Shown: in pieces, positions 1-8,193 of the stretch
How the letters are laid out: every line of letters starts with the position of its first letter
How positions within the stretch are numbered: the first letter of the stretch is position 1
Assembly (NCBI GenBank): GCA_017475605.1
Contig: JAFVFD010000005.1
Location: 60,001 to 92,000 of the forward strand
Reading direction: 5' to 3'
DNA from: Alphaproteobacteria bacterium
GTDB lineage: Bacteria > Pseudomonadota > Alphaproteobacteria > Rs-D84
Length of the DNA: 32,000 nucleotides
Position numbers and translations under genes: made by a program
Notes under the pieces: model-generated
Told to the model about the DNA's origin: nothing
Seen by the model: the letters and a program-made list of their open reading frames with translations, nothing else
The model's database searches: none

Positions 1-973
1 TTTCACAAATATTACGTTTCGCATTCAACATTTCCATAGTTGATGCCGTAATATCAAAAACATCAACTGTTTGAACTTTGGTTTTAGCCGTACTTGTTGC
101 TGCATTATTCTGCATATTTTCCGATGCTATTGTTGAAACACAATTCACCCAATCCGCCCCACAGGCATCGTCCGTCTGCATACATTTGCGGAATTCAACC
201 ATACATTGCCCCAGGTCGTATTTATTTGCTTCTTCGAAACTTTCCTTTAACGCGGCCCGTACATCCGCATTGGCATTAGCCAGTTCCGCGTTCGCCTTAG
301 CCTTGCTCTGTGCAATACTGTTTTCAAATGCCTTGCAATCAGATGTAATTTGACGTGCGTATAATTGGTGCAAGAAATTTAAATCTTTATTACAAGATAC
401 CGGCATTTGTTCGCGGCACAATTCGTCGGCGGCATTAAACAGGGCATTGCCAGTCTTGTCGGCAATATTTTCCACAGAATCTTCAAACAAATCTTCATCG
501 AAATTAAATGCTGAATTATCCCACAGGGCCAACAAATTTGCGCGTTTCTGTTCCTTGGTTTCTTCTAAATTAGAATATACAACATTGCCATTATTATCAT
601 ATTGGCGCGTTCCATTAAAGATAATATCTGCCTGGGCACCGGCCTTGACACGTTCAACCTCAACCGTACGGATACGTTCCGCCTCGGACAAAGTATCCTG
701 AATAGATGCCAGTTGCGATTCAAGATTTGCATTCAAATCACTACACGCACAACTGCCCCCGTTGACATTATCCATTATACAAAACTGATCCATACAACCA
801 TAATAGGCATCATAACAACTTTGGTCATATACCCCAGTTGCCGCGACACGCGCCCGAACCGTTGTACCAGTTTGAATTGCCGATTGTTTTTTTGTAACCG
901 CCGCATTAGCACCGACACCCACCACAACAGATGCCGCCAGTACACATAACGATAAAGTTTTTTTTGATATCAT
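1..973 (-). CDS. Cys-rich secreted protein, family member P1 (3' part of the gene runs off the left edge)
   Basis: Absent from the ORF track because there is no stop in the window. Manual minus-strand translation from ATG 973 stays open to position 1 (324 codons). RBS GGGGGAGAGGGG lies at 974-986. The protein starts MISKKTLSLCVLAASVVVGVGANA/AVTKK, a signal peptide, followed by CYDAYYGCMDQFCIMDNVNGGSCACS and later DC-x43-C-x6-C-x6-CG modules shared with P2 and P3. Confidence 0.8.
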   Translation of the reverse strand, partial: MISKKTLSLCVLAASVVVGVGANAAVTKKQSAIQTGTTVRARVAATGVYDQSCYDAYYGCMDQFCIMDNVNGGSCACSDLNANLESQLASIQDTLSEAERIRTVEVERVKAGAQADIIFNGTRQYDNNGNVVYSNLEETKEQKRANLLALWDNSAFNFDEDLFEDSVENIADKTGNALFNAADELCREQMPVSCNKDLNFLHQLYARQITSDCKAFENSIAQSKAKANAELANANADVRAALKESFEEANKYDLGQCMVEFRKCMQTDDACGADWVNCVSTIASENMQNNAATSTAKTKVQTVDVFDITASTMEMLNAKRNICE

Positions 974-1005
974 GCCCCTCTCCCCCGATTTGACGCACGA
1001 TGCGA

Positions 1006-3180
1006 TTACATATTTATATCTTCGCAAGATTCAATTTCTTGGCAGAATTCTTCTTTACCCCCCGAAGCAAAACCCATAAGTCCACCACCAATCAAACCTA
1101 CGACACCACCGATTGCCGTTCCCCAGCCAGGTGTTACCATTGTGCCCGCCGAAGCACCCGCCGCCGAGGCACCCGCACCAGCCTTTAACGCAGATGTCCA
1201 TTTGCTTTCGCCACCTGTTTCACAAACCTGCTGCATACGGCAAACATGGCAATTACGTAATTCTGGTTCAAAATTTACCGAACGAATATAACTGTAATTT
1301 TTGCTACCTTGTTTTGGTGTTTCAACCGCATATGTGTTATAGCAATTCTGACGCGCTTTTTCGACATCTTGTTCGCGGGACAATTCCGCAATACGCGATT
1401 CCAACGCACGCAAGGCACGATTTTCCGCACTTATATTTGCAATCAACTTTGCACTGTTAAACACACTTGTACCCAAACTGGCACGTCCCGCTGGTTTTTG
1501 ACTATCTTGACACGCAGCAACGGTTATATCTTTTTCAAATTGAGCAAAGAAAGCATCTACTGCGTTTGATGCATTTGCGCGAACTTCCGACCGCAATTCC
1601 GCCATTCCTTCTTCCGAATCAGGCAGAGTCATTAACGAAGCGACCGTATCATCATTTGGCAAACAAGACATATCTGTACCACACACACGTCCCAATTGAT
1701 CACCAAAATAATTCAAACACCCCTGCATCAAACGATAATCCATCTGCATCAAAGTTGCCTGTAATATGATATCGAACTGTGTTTCATTTTTACAGGATGG
1801 GAACATAGATTGTGGACATAATGCCGCGATTTCGTTTGATTTTTTGCCAAGACATTCCGGCGCAGTAAAGTTCTGACCACATTTATCGCGTAAACATTTA
1901 TCTACATCGTTTTGACAAAATTGAGTCCGCAAATAACCCAACTTATCATTAACCGCGGAACGAATACCCGGCACTAATTCTTCGCATTCTGTGATAACCG
2001 TACAAATTCCAGCCGCCACATTAACATTAGTTAAACATGCGCTGTTTGTGGCCGTTGAGCAATTATCTTCCAAGCATGCCTGAATTCGCGCCAGACAGGT
2101 TTGACGCGCATATTTATCGGCATATTTAGATGCATCAACTAAAATGCTCTGCGCTTCGGCATTCCAGTCTTCCAAAACATATGAACGCGATGCCATACAT
2201 TGATCCAAGACATTTTCGCATGCGTTTGCACGACGCCCCAACAAATCGGCATCAAGGCAGTTTTCAAAATTAACACCACAACCGCCCTTGTCTGCTATAC
2301 AGGAACGATATGCCAACAAGCATTCACCACGATTATACTTGTTGGTTGTATCTAACATTTCCAAACGCGCCTTGCGTACAGCGGCCTCGGCCGTACGTTT
2401 ATTAGCCTGGGCATTTGTTTTTTGATCCGCCAAATAAGACTCGAACGCTTTACAATCTGCGACAATACGACGGGAATACAAAACCTCTTCCATTTCGGCA
2501 CGCGTTCCACATGACTTTAATGTGTCGGCACAATAATTTGCCGCCATGGAATACAGATTATCCCCAATATCTGTATCCGCACCCAAACTATCATCTGTTG
2601 TATTGCCACTGTTTAACCATTCAGAAAAACTTAAACCAGACGCACGCGTTGCTTTTTGTGCAGCGGCCGATTGTCCAAACACCAGCGACACCTTGGCACC
2701 CAATTGTTCGCGTTCAACACCCTCGGTATATAATTTGTCTGCTTCGGCCTGAATTTTCTGAATTTCTTGAATTAAATCTTTTGATTTATTGATATTATCG
2801 GAACACGCGCAACGGTACCCTTCGCTTTCATCCAATAAACAAAATTCATCCATACACTGACGGTACGCATCGCGACAAGAACTGTCCCCAGATGCCACAT
2901 CTTCGCCACCATCGTTATTATTACCACCACCGTTATTACCACCATTCCCCGAATCGGAATTACCACCATTGTTGTTACCACCGTTACCGCCGCTTATCAC
3001 AACCGCTTTTGTCCCAGTATCAGAAGAATCCTTGTGTAAATTAACGGCCATATTAGGTATACTGCGCATACCAGCCATCGAGACACGATTAACACTAATT
3101 CGTGCGTTTTCGTCCCGTCCAGCAGAAAATGCAACACAAGGGGCCATACACAACAGCAATGTAATAACATGTATTTTCAT
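1006..3180 (-). CDS. Cys-rich secreted protein, family member P2 (724 aa) with Gly/Asn-rich linker and C-terminal glycine-rich hydrophobic tail
   Basis: The ORF track frame is 1006..3513, but the upstream 111 codons run antisense into infA. ATG at 3180 is preceded by RBS AGGAAGGAA and gives MKIHVITLLLCMAPCVAFSA/GRD, a signal peptide. Motif CRDAYRQCMDEFCLLDESEGYRCACS is present. Dozens of Cys are spread over the whole mature protein. Confidence 0.85.
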   Translation of the reverse strand: MKIHVITLLLCMAPCVAFSAGRDENARISVNRVSMAGMRSIPNMAVNLHKDSSDTGTKAVVISGGNGGNNNGGNSDSGNGGNNGGGNNNDGGEDVASGDSSCRDAYRQCMDEFCLLDESEGYRCACSDNINKSKDLIQEIQKIQAEADKLYTEGVEREQLGAKVSLVFGQSAAAQKATRASGLSFSEWLNSGNTTDDSLGADTDIGDNLYSMAANYCADTLKSCGTRAEMEEVLYSRRIVADCKAFESYLADQKTNAQANKRTAEAAVRKARLEMLDTTNKYNRGECLLAYRSCIADKGGCGVNFENCLDADLLGRRANACENVLDQCMASRSYVLEDWNAEAQSILVDASKYADKYARQTCLARIQACLEDNCSTATNSACLTNVNVAAGICTVITECEELVPGIRSAVNDKLGYLRTQFCQNDVDKCLRDKCGQNFTAPECLGKKSNEIAALCPQSMFPSCKNETQFDIILQATLMQMDYRLMQGCLNYFGDQLGRVCGTDMSCLPNDDTVASLMTLPDSEEGMAELRSEVRANASNAVDAFFAQFEKDITVAACQDSQKPAGRASLGTSVFNSAKLIANISAENRALRALESRIAELSREQDVEKARQNCYNTYAVETPKQGSKNYSYIRSVNFEPELRNCHVCRMQQVCETGGESKWTSALKAGAGASAAGASAGTMVTPGWGTAIGGVVGLIGGGLMGFASGGKEEFCQEIESCEDINM

Positions 3181-3208
3181 AGTTTCCTTCCTACAATTAT
3201 CTTGATAT

Positions 3209-3237
3209 ATTTTATCAAATAAAGCCCCCCAGCGCAA
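3209..3237 (-). promoter_or_regulatory. Candidate sigma70 promoter for P2: TTGCGC-17 nt-TAAAAT with TG extended -10
   Basis: The minus strand reads cTTGCGCtggggggctttattTGATAAAATatatc. The spacer contains a G6 run. The -10 element ends 28 nt upstream of ATG 3180. Confidence 0.4.
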
Positions 3238-3253
3238 GCATATTAAAAACAAC

Positions 3254-3282
3254 TTGCTTTTTTTTTCGCATGGCAATATCAT
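3254..3282 (+). promoter_or_regulatory. Candidate sigma70 promoter for infA: TTGCTT-17 nt-TATCAT
   Basis: Hexamers are read directly from the sequence. A T9 run lies in the spacer. The match is weak. Confidence 0.25.
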
Positions 3283-3322
3283 ACAATCCGTCAAAAAATT
3301 TGTGAAAATACAAGGTATAATT

Positions 3323-3571
3323 ATGGCAAAAGACGATGTTATAGTTTTTAGTGGTGTGGTTGAAGATAAATTACCAAACACTATGTTTCGTGTAAAATTG
3401 GAAAATGGACACGAAATTTTGGCGACTGTCTGCGGCAAAATGCGCAAGGCGCGCATTTGGGTTAACATTGGCGAACATGTCCGTGTTGAAATGACACCAT
3501 ATGATTTGGACAAGGGCCGTATAACCTTTGTTGAACGAAACCGCGCAACACCAGACCAAACAAATCAATAA
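3323..3571 (+). CDS. infA: Translation initiation factor IF-1
   Basis: [69 protein letters not shown] is near-colinear with E. coli IF-1 (S1-like OB fold). ATG 3323 is preceded by AAGG. The ORF track start at 3254 is an upstream extension. Confidence 0.95.
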   Translation: MAKDDVIVFSGVVEDKLPNTMFRVKLENGHEILATVCGKMRKARIWVNIGEHVRVEMTPYDLDKGRITFVERNRATPDQTNQ

Positions 3572-3575
3572 AAAG

Positions 3576-3599
3576 ACCCATCGTTTGATGGGTTTTTTT
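3576..3599 (+). terminator. Rho-independent terminator after infA
   Basis: Stem acccatc/gatgggt, loop gttt, followed by a T7 run. Confidence 0.7.
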
Positions 3600-3667
3600 G
3601 TTGATTTTATTAAATAAGCCCTTGCCCGAAATCAATTTTTTTTGTTATCATTGTAATTGTAGTAAGG

Positions 3668-6109
3668 ATGAGAAAGGTTTTAGCGCTTATTTTCGCGTGC
3701 TGCATTGGCATCGGTGTCGCCGATGCTGCTGTTCGTGATGCCGCAACTGTTTCCAGACAAAACACAACACAAACTGTTTCCCGCCCCCGAACAACAAAAT
3801 CTAATGTTGTTTCACGCACAACAACCGCCCCAATAACAACACCAAGAAAACAAAAGGATACATCAACCGCGCGAACAACGACAACGCGTACTGTTAACAC
3901 AAATGCTTCACGCGCGGCTGTTACACGAAGCACAACAAACACAACGACTGGCGGCCGCGCAACCACCACGAAATCGCGCGCAGCAATAACAAATAAAACA
4001 CGATCTCGCGCAGTTACGGACCTTGATACAACTAATTCAAAAACGTTTGGCTCGGGGTACAACACATGCCGTGATGCGTATTTTACCTGTATGGATCAAT
4101 TCTGTGCATCAACCGATGACACATACCGTCGATGCATATGTTCATCTAGATTATACGAAATAAAAAAGAAGCAAAATGCCCTGGGACAATCTGCTGACCA
4201 ATTACAAGATTTCAAAGACTTAAACCTGGAAGCAATACCTAAAACCGCGGCCGAAGTTAAAGCGATGCAGCAGGCCAGCGAAGGTGAAATGGTTGCTTCT
4301 GTGATAAAAGACAAATCATCATCTGTTGCCCAGTTGGCCGGCATAAGTGCCGTATTATCTAACACGAAATCAAAATCTTTATCCACTGCTGGACAACTGG
4401 ATATTGCTGGGGACATAAATGCTATTTGGGCAACCACTGATTTAACATCGGGATTAAACATTTCCAATCTGACCGGCGAAACACTGTACAGCGCAGTTCA
4501 CAGCCAATGTGTAAATTTGGTTGCGGATCATTGTTCTTCTAAATCTTTACTGAATATGGTTGTGTCTGCATACAACATGTATATAGAAAATGATTGTTCC
4601 CTTATTGCTAATTCTTTGGACAAAAAGAAAACTGCCGCCAATGCATCTATTCGCCAAACAGAACGCGAAATGAATGTGGCACGACTGGAAAATTACAATG
4701 CCCACAATTCGTCATCTATCAATGATTGTATTGCCCTGGTCCGCAAAGATGTTACTGCAGATTCCGCATGTGGTACCGATTATGTACATTGTCTTGATAT
4801 ATCTGGTTTGTATTTGAATAAATCAACAGGTGAACCAATATATACATCTAACTTTTATCAACTGGGCAGCACCCTGTCCTTGTCTGGTGATATTTTAACA
4901 AACCAAACCAATCTTATATTCGTTTCAGAATTAAAAAATAAACGTATGTTCGCCGAAAAAAGTTTGGACACCTGTCGTGATTTGGCCGATGAAGTTTGGG
5001 ACGAATTTATGCGCCAGGCCATCATAGAAATATACCAAGGACAACAAAACCGTATTCGTGATGTAAAGAATGAATGCTTGAATGTTGTGAACCAATGTTA
5101 TGACAAACAAAGCAATTCCTTGAAAGATTTTAGCAAAGTCAAGGAACAATTGCTTATTGGTGCCCGACTTGAACTATCAGAACAATTATGCCGCGAAAAA
5201 TTAAGTGCTTGCAGCAACCTTTATGGCGGTGGTCCAAACGGTATGCAAGAATTACTTACCACGATGTACGATATCACGACACAAAAAATTGCACAAAATT
5301 GTTTCACAACATTACAAGAATATGCCCAACAACTATGCGCGGTCCCAAGCAATGATTCTTTACATTCATATCCATATGCTTGTCGCGCGTATGCGCCTGG
5401 CGAGCAACGTTACGCATCCGATTGGTCGTGTAACCAAGATTCGCGCGCCACAATTGACGTAGATACAACCGCATCAAGTTCATACTCTACCGAACCAACA
5501 ACCAAGGCGGATACAGAAGAAGAACCCCAGGCACAAACATCAACCGGGGGGGGATATTCTTGTACCAAAACTTACATAAGTTGTAATACAAACTATTACA
5601 TGGCAAATGCGAACGGCGAATTTATTACCACCCCAGAACCCGGCAACCAGTGTCTGCCATGTTCCCCGACCAAGGGCTGTCCAACAACAAACGAAGAAGG
5701 TGAAACCGTCGCAGTGTTCCATTGTGGTACCGACTATGCAGGCAGTTTATATCAAAAACTGGTCCGTTATGCCGTCCAGGCTTGTATGCGCCCAAGTGAA
5801 ATAGAACAGTTATCCGATGGTTCAACCCTGCCAGATACGTTGTTACAAGACGTCAATGCCACGATGGATTTAATCAAGGCATCAATGGCCACATCGTTAA
5901 AGGCCGAATGTGAACGACTGGGTGGATATTGGGTTGCGGCCCAATGGAAAGATTCTATTGCGGAAACCACAGGAATAAAGTTATTCCTGCAATTCTATAA
6001 CGAAACCGGCGCAAACAAGAAATGGGGTTATTGCGCCGATCCCGATACAATCAAAAAATATTATACAGGTGAAGATACAACGCAAGAAACAAACGATGGT
6101 GGCGAATAA
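3668..6109 (+). CDS. Cys-rich secreted protein, family member P3 (813 aa) with Thr/Arg-rich N-terminal region
   Basis: ORF track. Signal peptide MRKVLALIFACCIGIGVADA/AV, then about 105 aa of T/R/S low-complexity sequence, then CRDAYFTCMDQFCASTDDTYRRCICS and the shared downstream Cys modules. AAGGA lies just upstream of the ATG. Confidence 0.9.
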   Translation: MRKVLALIFACCIGIGVADAAVRDAATVSRQNTTQTVSRPRTTKSNVVSRTTTAPITTPRKQKDTSTARTTTTRTVNTNASRAAVTRSTTNTTTGGRATTTKSRAAITNKTRSRAVTDLDTTNSKTFGSGYNTCRDAYFTCMDQFCASTDDTYRRCICSSRLYEIKKKQNALGQSADQLQDFKDLNLEAIPKTAAEVKAMQQASEGEMVASVIKDKSSSVAQLAGISAVLSNTKSKSLSTAGQLDIAGDINAIWATTDLTSGLNISNLTGETLYSAVHSQCVNLVADHCSSKSLLNMVVSAYNMYIENDCSLIANSLDKKKTAANASIRQTEREMNVARLENYNAHNSSSINDCIALVRKDVTADSACGTDYVHCLDISGLYLNKSTGEPIYTSNFYQLGSTLSLSGDILTNQTNLIFVSELKNKRMFAEKSLDTCRDLADEVWDEFMRQAIIEIYQGQQNRIRDVKNECLNVVNQCYDKQSNSLKDFSKVKEQLLIGARLELSEQLCREKLSACSNLYGGGPNGMQELLTTMYDITTQKIAQNCFTTLQEYAQQLCAVPSNDSLHSYPYACRAYAPGEQRYASDWSCNQDSRATIDVDTTASSSYSTEPTTKADTEEEPQAQTSTGGGYSCTKTYISCNTNYYMANANGEFITTPEPGNQCLPCSPTKGCPTTNEEGETVAVFHCGTDYAGSLYQKLVRYAVQACMRPSEIEQLSDGSTLPDTLLQDVNATMDLIKASMATSLKAECERLGGYWVAAQWKDSIAETTGIKLFLQFYNETGANKKWGYCADPDTIKKYYTGEDTTQETNDGGE
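5546..5553 (+). repeat. G8 homopolymer inside the P3 coding sequence (codons T-G-G-G)
   Basis: Read directly as acc ggg ggg gga. It is the longest G/C homopolymer I saw inside a CDS in this window. Confidence 0.9.
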
Positions 6110-6172
6110 AAAACAAAGCAACTTGCAGGCAAGTTCAAAATCTGATAGAATAAAAACAACAGGAATATTGAT

Positions 6173-6829
6173 ATGAAAAAAATATTTATTTTATCTTTAA
6201 TTTTCGCGATGTCCGATGCAATGGCGGCAACACCATGGTGGGAACAACCGACTGTTTGTCGTTTAAACCCGGCCAATTGCTATACATCAATGGGTGCGGG
6301 ATACGAACGCGAAATGTGGGATGCCGATGCGAATTGTTGGGGTGTAAAAATAGTTTGTGGTGATGCATTAACAAACACGAACAATGCCACACCTGTTGGA
6401 AAAAACACTATATCGCGTGGCACAAACATAAGTGCGGACTATGATTTATCCGTACTTGATGGCGATTGTTTTGGTGTGCGTAAAACATCATCTGATGGAA
6501 CAATGGCATCTGTAAATGGCAATTTGGTACGTGTGTGGTGTAATGGCATTTTAAGTAATGCCGACGAAACAATTGAAACCGGTGAAATTACATATGGGAC
6601 CCAACCAACCTGTGCGACCTTGGCGGCTGATGGCTATGTTGCGGTTCAAAATGGCAAGTGTTTTGGTAAATATTATGACGAATCGCGTTACTTTATCCAA
6701 TGCGACGGCGAAACCCCTACATTGATTGTATTAAACGGCGCAAATTATGAAACGGGCAACACATCATATCCAAAAACCCAGGAAGAAGCCGATACCATCT
6801 TTAATCGTATGTACGAAAACGTACATTAA
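6173..6829 (+). CDS. Small Cys-rich secreted protein P4 (218 aa), hypothetical
   Basis: ORF track. RBS AGGAA. Signal peptide MKKIFILSLIFAMSDAMA/AT. It has 10 Cys, lies 63 nt downstream of P3 on the same strand, and is followed by a terminator. Confidence 0.75.
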   Translation: MKKIFILSLIFAMSDAMAATPWWEQPTVCRLNPANCYTSMGAGYEREMWDADANCWGVKIVCGDALTNTNNATPVGKNTISRGTNISADYDLSVLDGDCFGVRKTSSDGTMASVNGNLVRVWCNGILSNADETIETGEITYGTQPTCATLAADGYVAVQNGKCFGKYYDESRYFIQCDGETPTLIVLNGANYETGNTSYPKTQEEADTIFNRMYENVH

Positions 6830-6850
6830 AACAAAATCGGAATAACAAAA

Positions 6851-6876
6851 AAACGGTCGCATTATTGCGACCGTTT
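6851..6876. terminator. Bidirectional hairpin terminator between P4 and clpX
   Basis: Perfect 10-bp stem aaacggtcgc/gcgaccgttt, loop attatt, flanked by A-run and T-run. It sits between convergent genes. Confidence 0.7.
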
Positions 6877-6896
6877 AATTTTTATACGCCTGACTA

Positions 6897-8168
6897 TTAT
6901 GCCGCCTTTTTCGCATCGGCAAAGATTTCCATCGGAGCCTTTTTGCCTGCAACAACATTTTTATCAATTACAATTTCTTTCAAATCAGACTTATCTGGCG
7001 CATCAAACATAGGTTGCATCAAAATCTTTTCCAAGATTCCGCGCAAACCACGCGCACCAGTCTTGCGGGCGACCGCCATTTTTGCGATTTCACTTAATGC
7101 ATCATCTTTGATATTTAATTTAACACCATCCATTTCCAGCATCGCGACAAATTGTTTTACAATCGCGTTTTTAGGTTCTGTCAAAATCTTAACCAATGCC
7201 GCTTCGTCCAGGTCTTGTAAAGTTGTAATTACTGGCAAACGACCAACCAATTCTGGAATGATTCCGAATTTTACCAAATCAGACGGCTGAACATCGCCAA
7301 GATAATTTTTAGATTCACGCGCTTCTTTGCTTTCAACATTCGCACCAAACCCAATTCCACGACGTTCGCTTGTACGATTCGCAATAATTTTATTCAACCC
7401 ATCAAATGCCCCACCACAGATAAATAATATCTTGCTTGTATCCAACTGAACAGTTGCTTCGCCCGGGTGTTTGCGCCCCGCCCCACCGGCCGGAACATTG
7501 GCAACTGTGCCTTCGACCAATTTTAATAATGCCTGTTGTACACCTTCGCCGGAAACATCGCGGGTAAGCGACGGGTTTTCCGATTTGCGTGAAATCTTGT
7601 CTATTTCGTCAATATAGATAATTCCGCGTTGCGCACGTTCAACATCAAAATTAGCATTTTGTAATAAACGCGTTAAAACACTTTCAACATCATCGCCGAC
7701 ATAGCCAGCCTCGGTTAAAGTGGTGGCATCAGCAATCGCGAACGGCACATCCAAAATGCGCGCCAATGTTTGTGCAAACAATGTCTTACCCGTTCCAGTT
7801 GGCCCAATCAGCAAAACATTTGATTTCTGAATTTCCACCTTGCTTGATGCGGCAACACTGTGCCGTTTATAGTGATTATACACCGCGACGGACAAAGTGC
7901 GTTTTGCATCATCTTGACCGATAATATATTCATTAAGGAAATCATAGATTTGATGTGGTGTCGGCAACTTCGCCGCATCTTTGTGTATTTCATCGACCCG
8001 TTCATCAGTCATGATGTCGTTACACAATGCGATACATTCGTCGCAAATGCAGACCCCGCGGCCACTGACCAACTTTTTTACTTCATATACCGCCTTGCCA
8101 CAAAAACTGCAGAACTGCTGATTATCAGCAGTGGTGGTATTTGTATCTTTGGTTTTATCGTTGCTCAT
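6897..8168 (-). CDS. clpX: ATP-dependent Clp protease ATP-binding subunit ClpX
   Basis: C4 zinc ribbon CSFCGK..CICDEC, Walker A GPTGTGKT, and full-length ClpX colinearity. ATG 8168 (MSNDK) is preferred over the GTG at 8177 used by the ORF track. Confidence 0.97.
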   Translation of the reverse strand: MSNDKTKDTNTTTADNQQFCSFCGKAVYEVKKLVSGRGVCICDECIALCNDIMTDERVDEIHKDAAKLPTPHQIYDFLNEYIIGQDDAKRTLSVAVYNHYKRHSVAASSKVEIQKSNVLLIGPTGTGKTLFAQTLARILDVPFAIADATTLTEAGYVGDDVESVLTRLLQNANFDVERAQRGIIYIDEIDKISRKSENPSLTRDVSGEGVQQALLKLVEGTVANVPAGGAGRKHPGEATVQLDTSKILFICGGAFDGLNKIIANRTSERRGIGFGANVESKEARESKNYLGDVQPSDLVKFGIIPELVGRLPVITTLQDLDEAALVKILTEPKNAIVKQFVAMLEMDGVKLNIKDDALSEIAKMAVARKTGARGLRGILEKILMQPMFDAPDKSDLKEIVIDKNVVAGKKAPMEIFADAKKAA

Positions 8169-8193
8169 TTTTCCCACATCCCATCAGATAAAA

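Noticed and set aside
3181-3513. Upstream 111 codons of the 835-aa ORF (1006..3513) as part of P2
   Set aside because: This part runs antisense through infA and looks non-protein-like. ATG 3180 has a strong RBS and yields a clean signal peptide.
3610-4065. 151-aa minus-strand ORF
   Set aside because: It is antisense to the Thr/Arg-rich region of P3. Its Val-rich low-complexity translation is a mirror artefact of the repeat.
6118-6140. Short palindrome aacttgc-ag-gcaagtt between P3 and P4 as a terminator
   Set aside because: The loop is too small for the full stem and no U-tract follows. P3 and P4 are more likely co-transcribed.
6865-7290. 141-aa plus-strand ORF
   Set aside because: It lies entirely antisense to the well-supported clpX gene and has no motifs.
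8168-8177. GTG 8177 as the clpX start, and TTG 8778 as the clpP start
   Set aside because: In-frame ATGs 9 nt (clpX) and 3 nt (clpP) downstream have better RBS spacing and match ortholog N-termini. The difference is minor.
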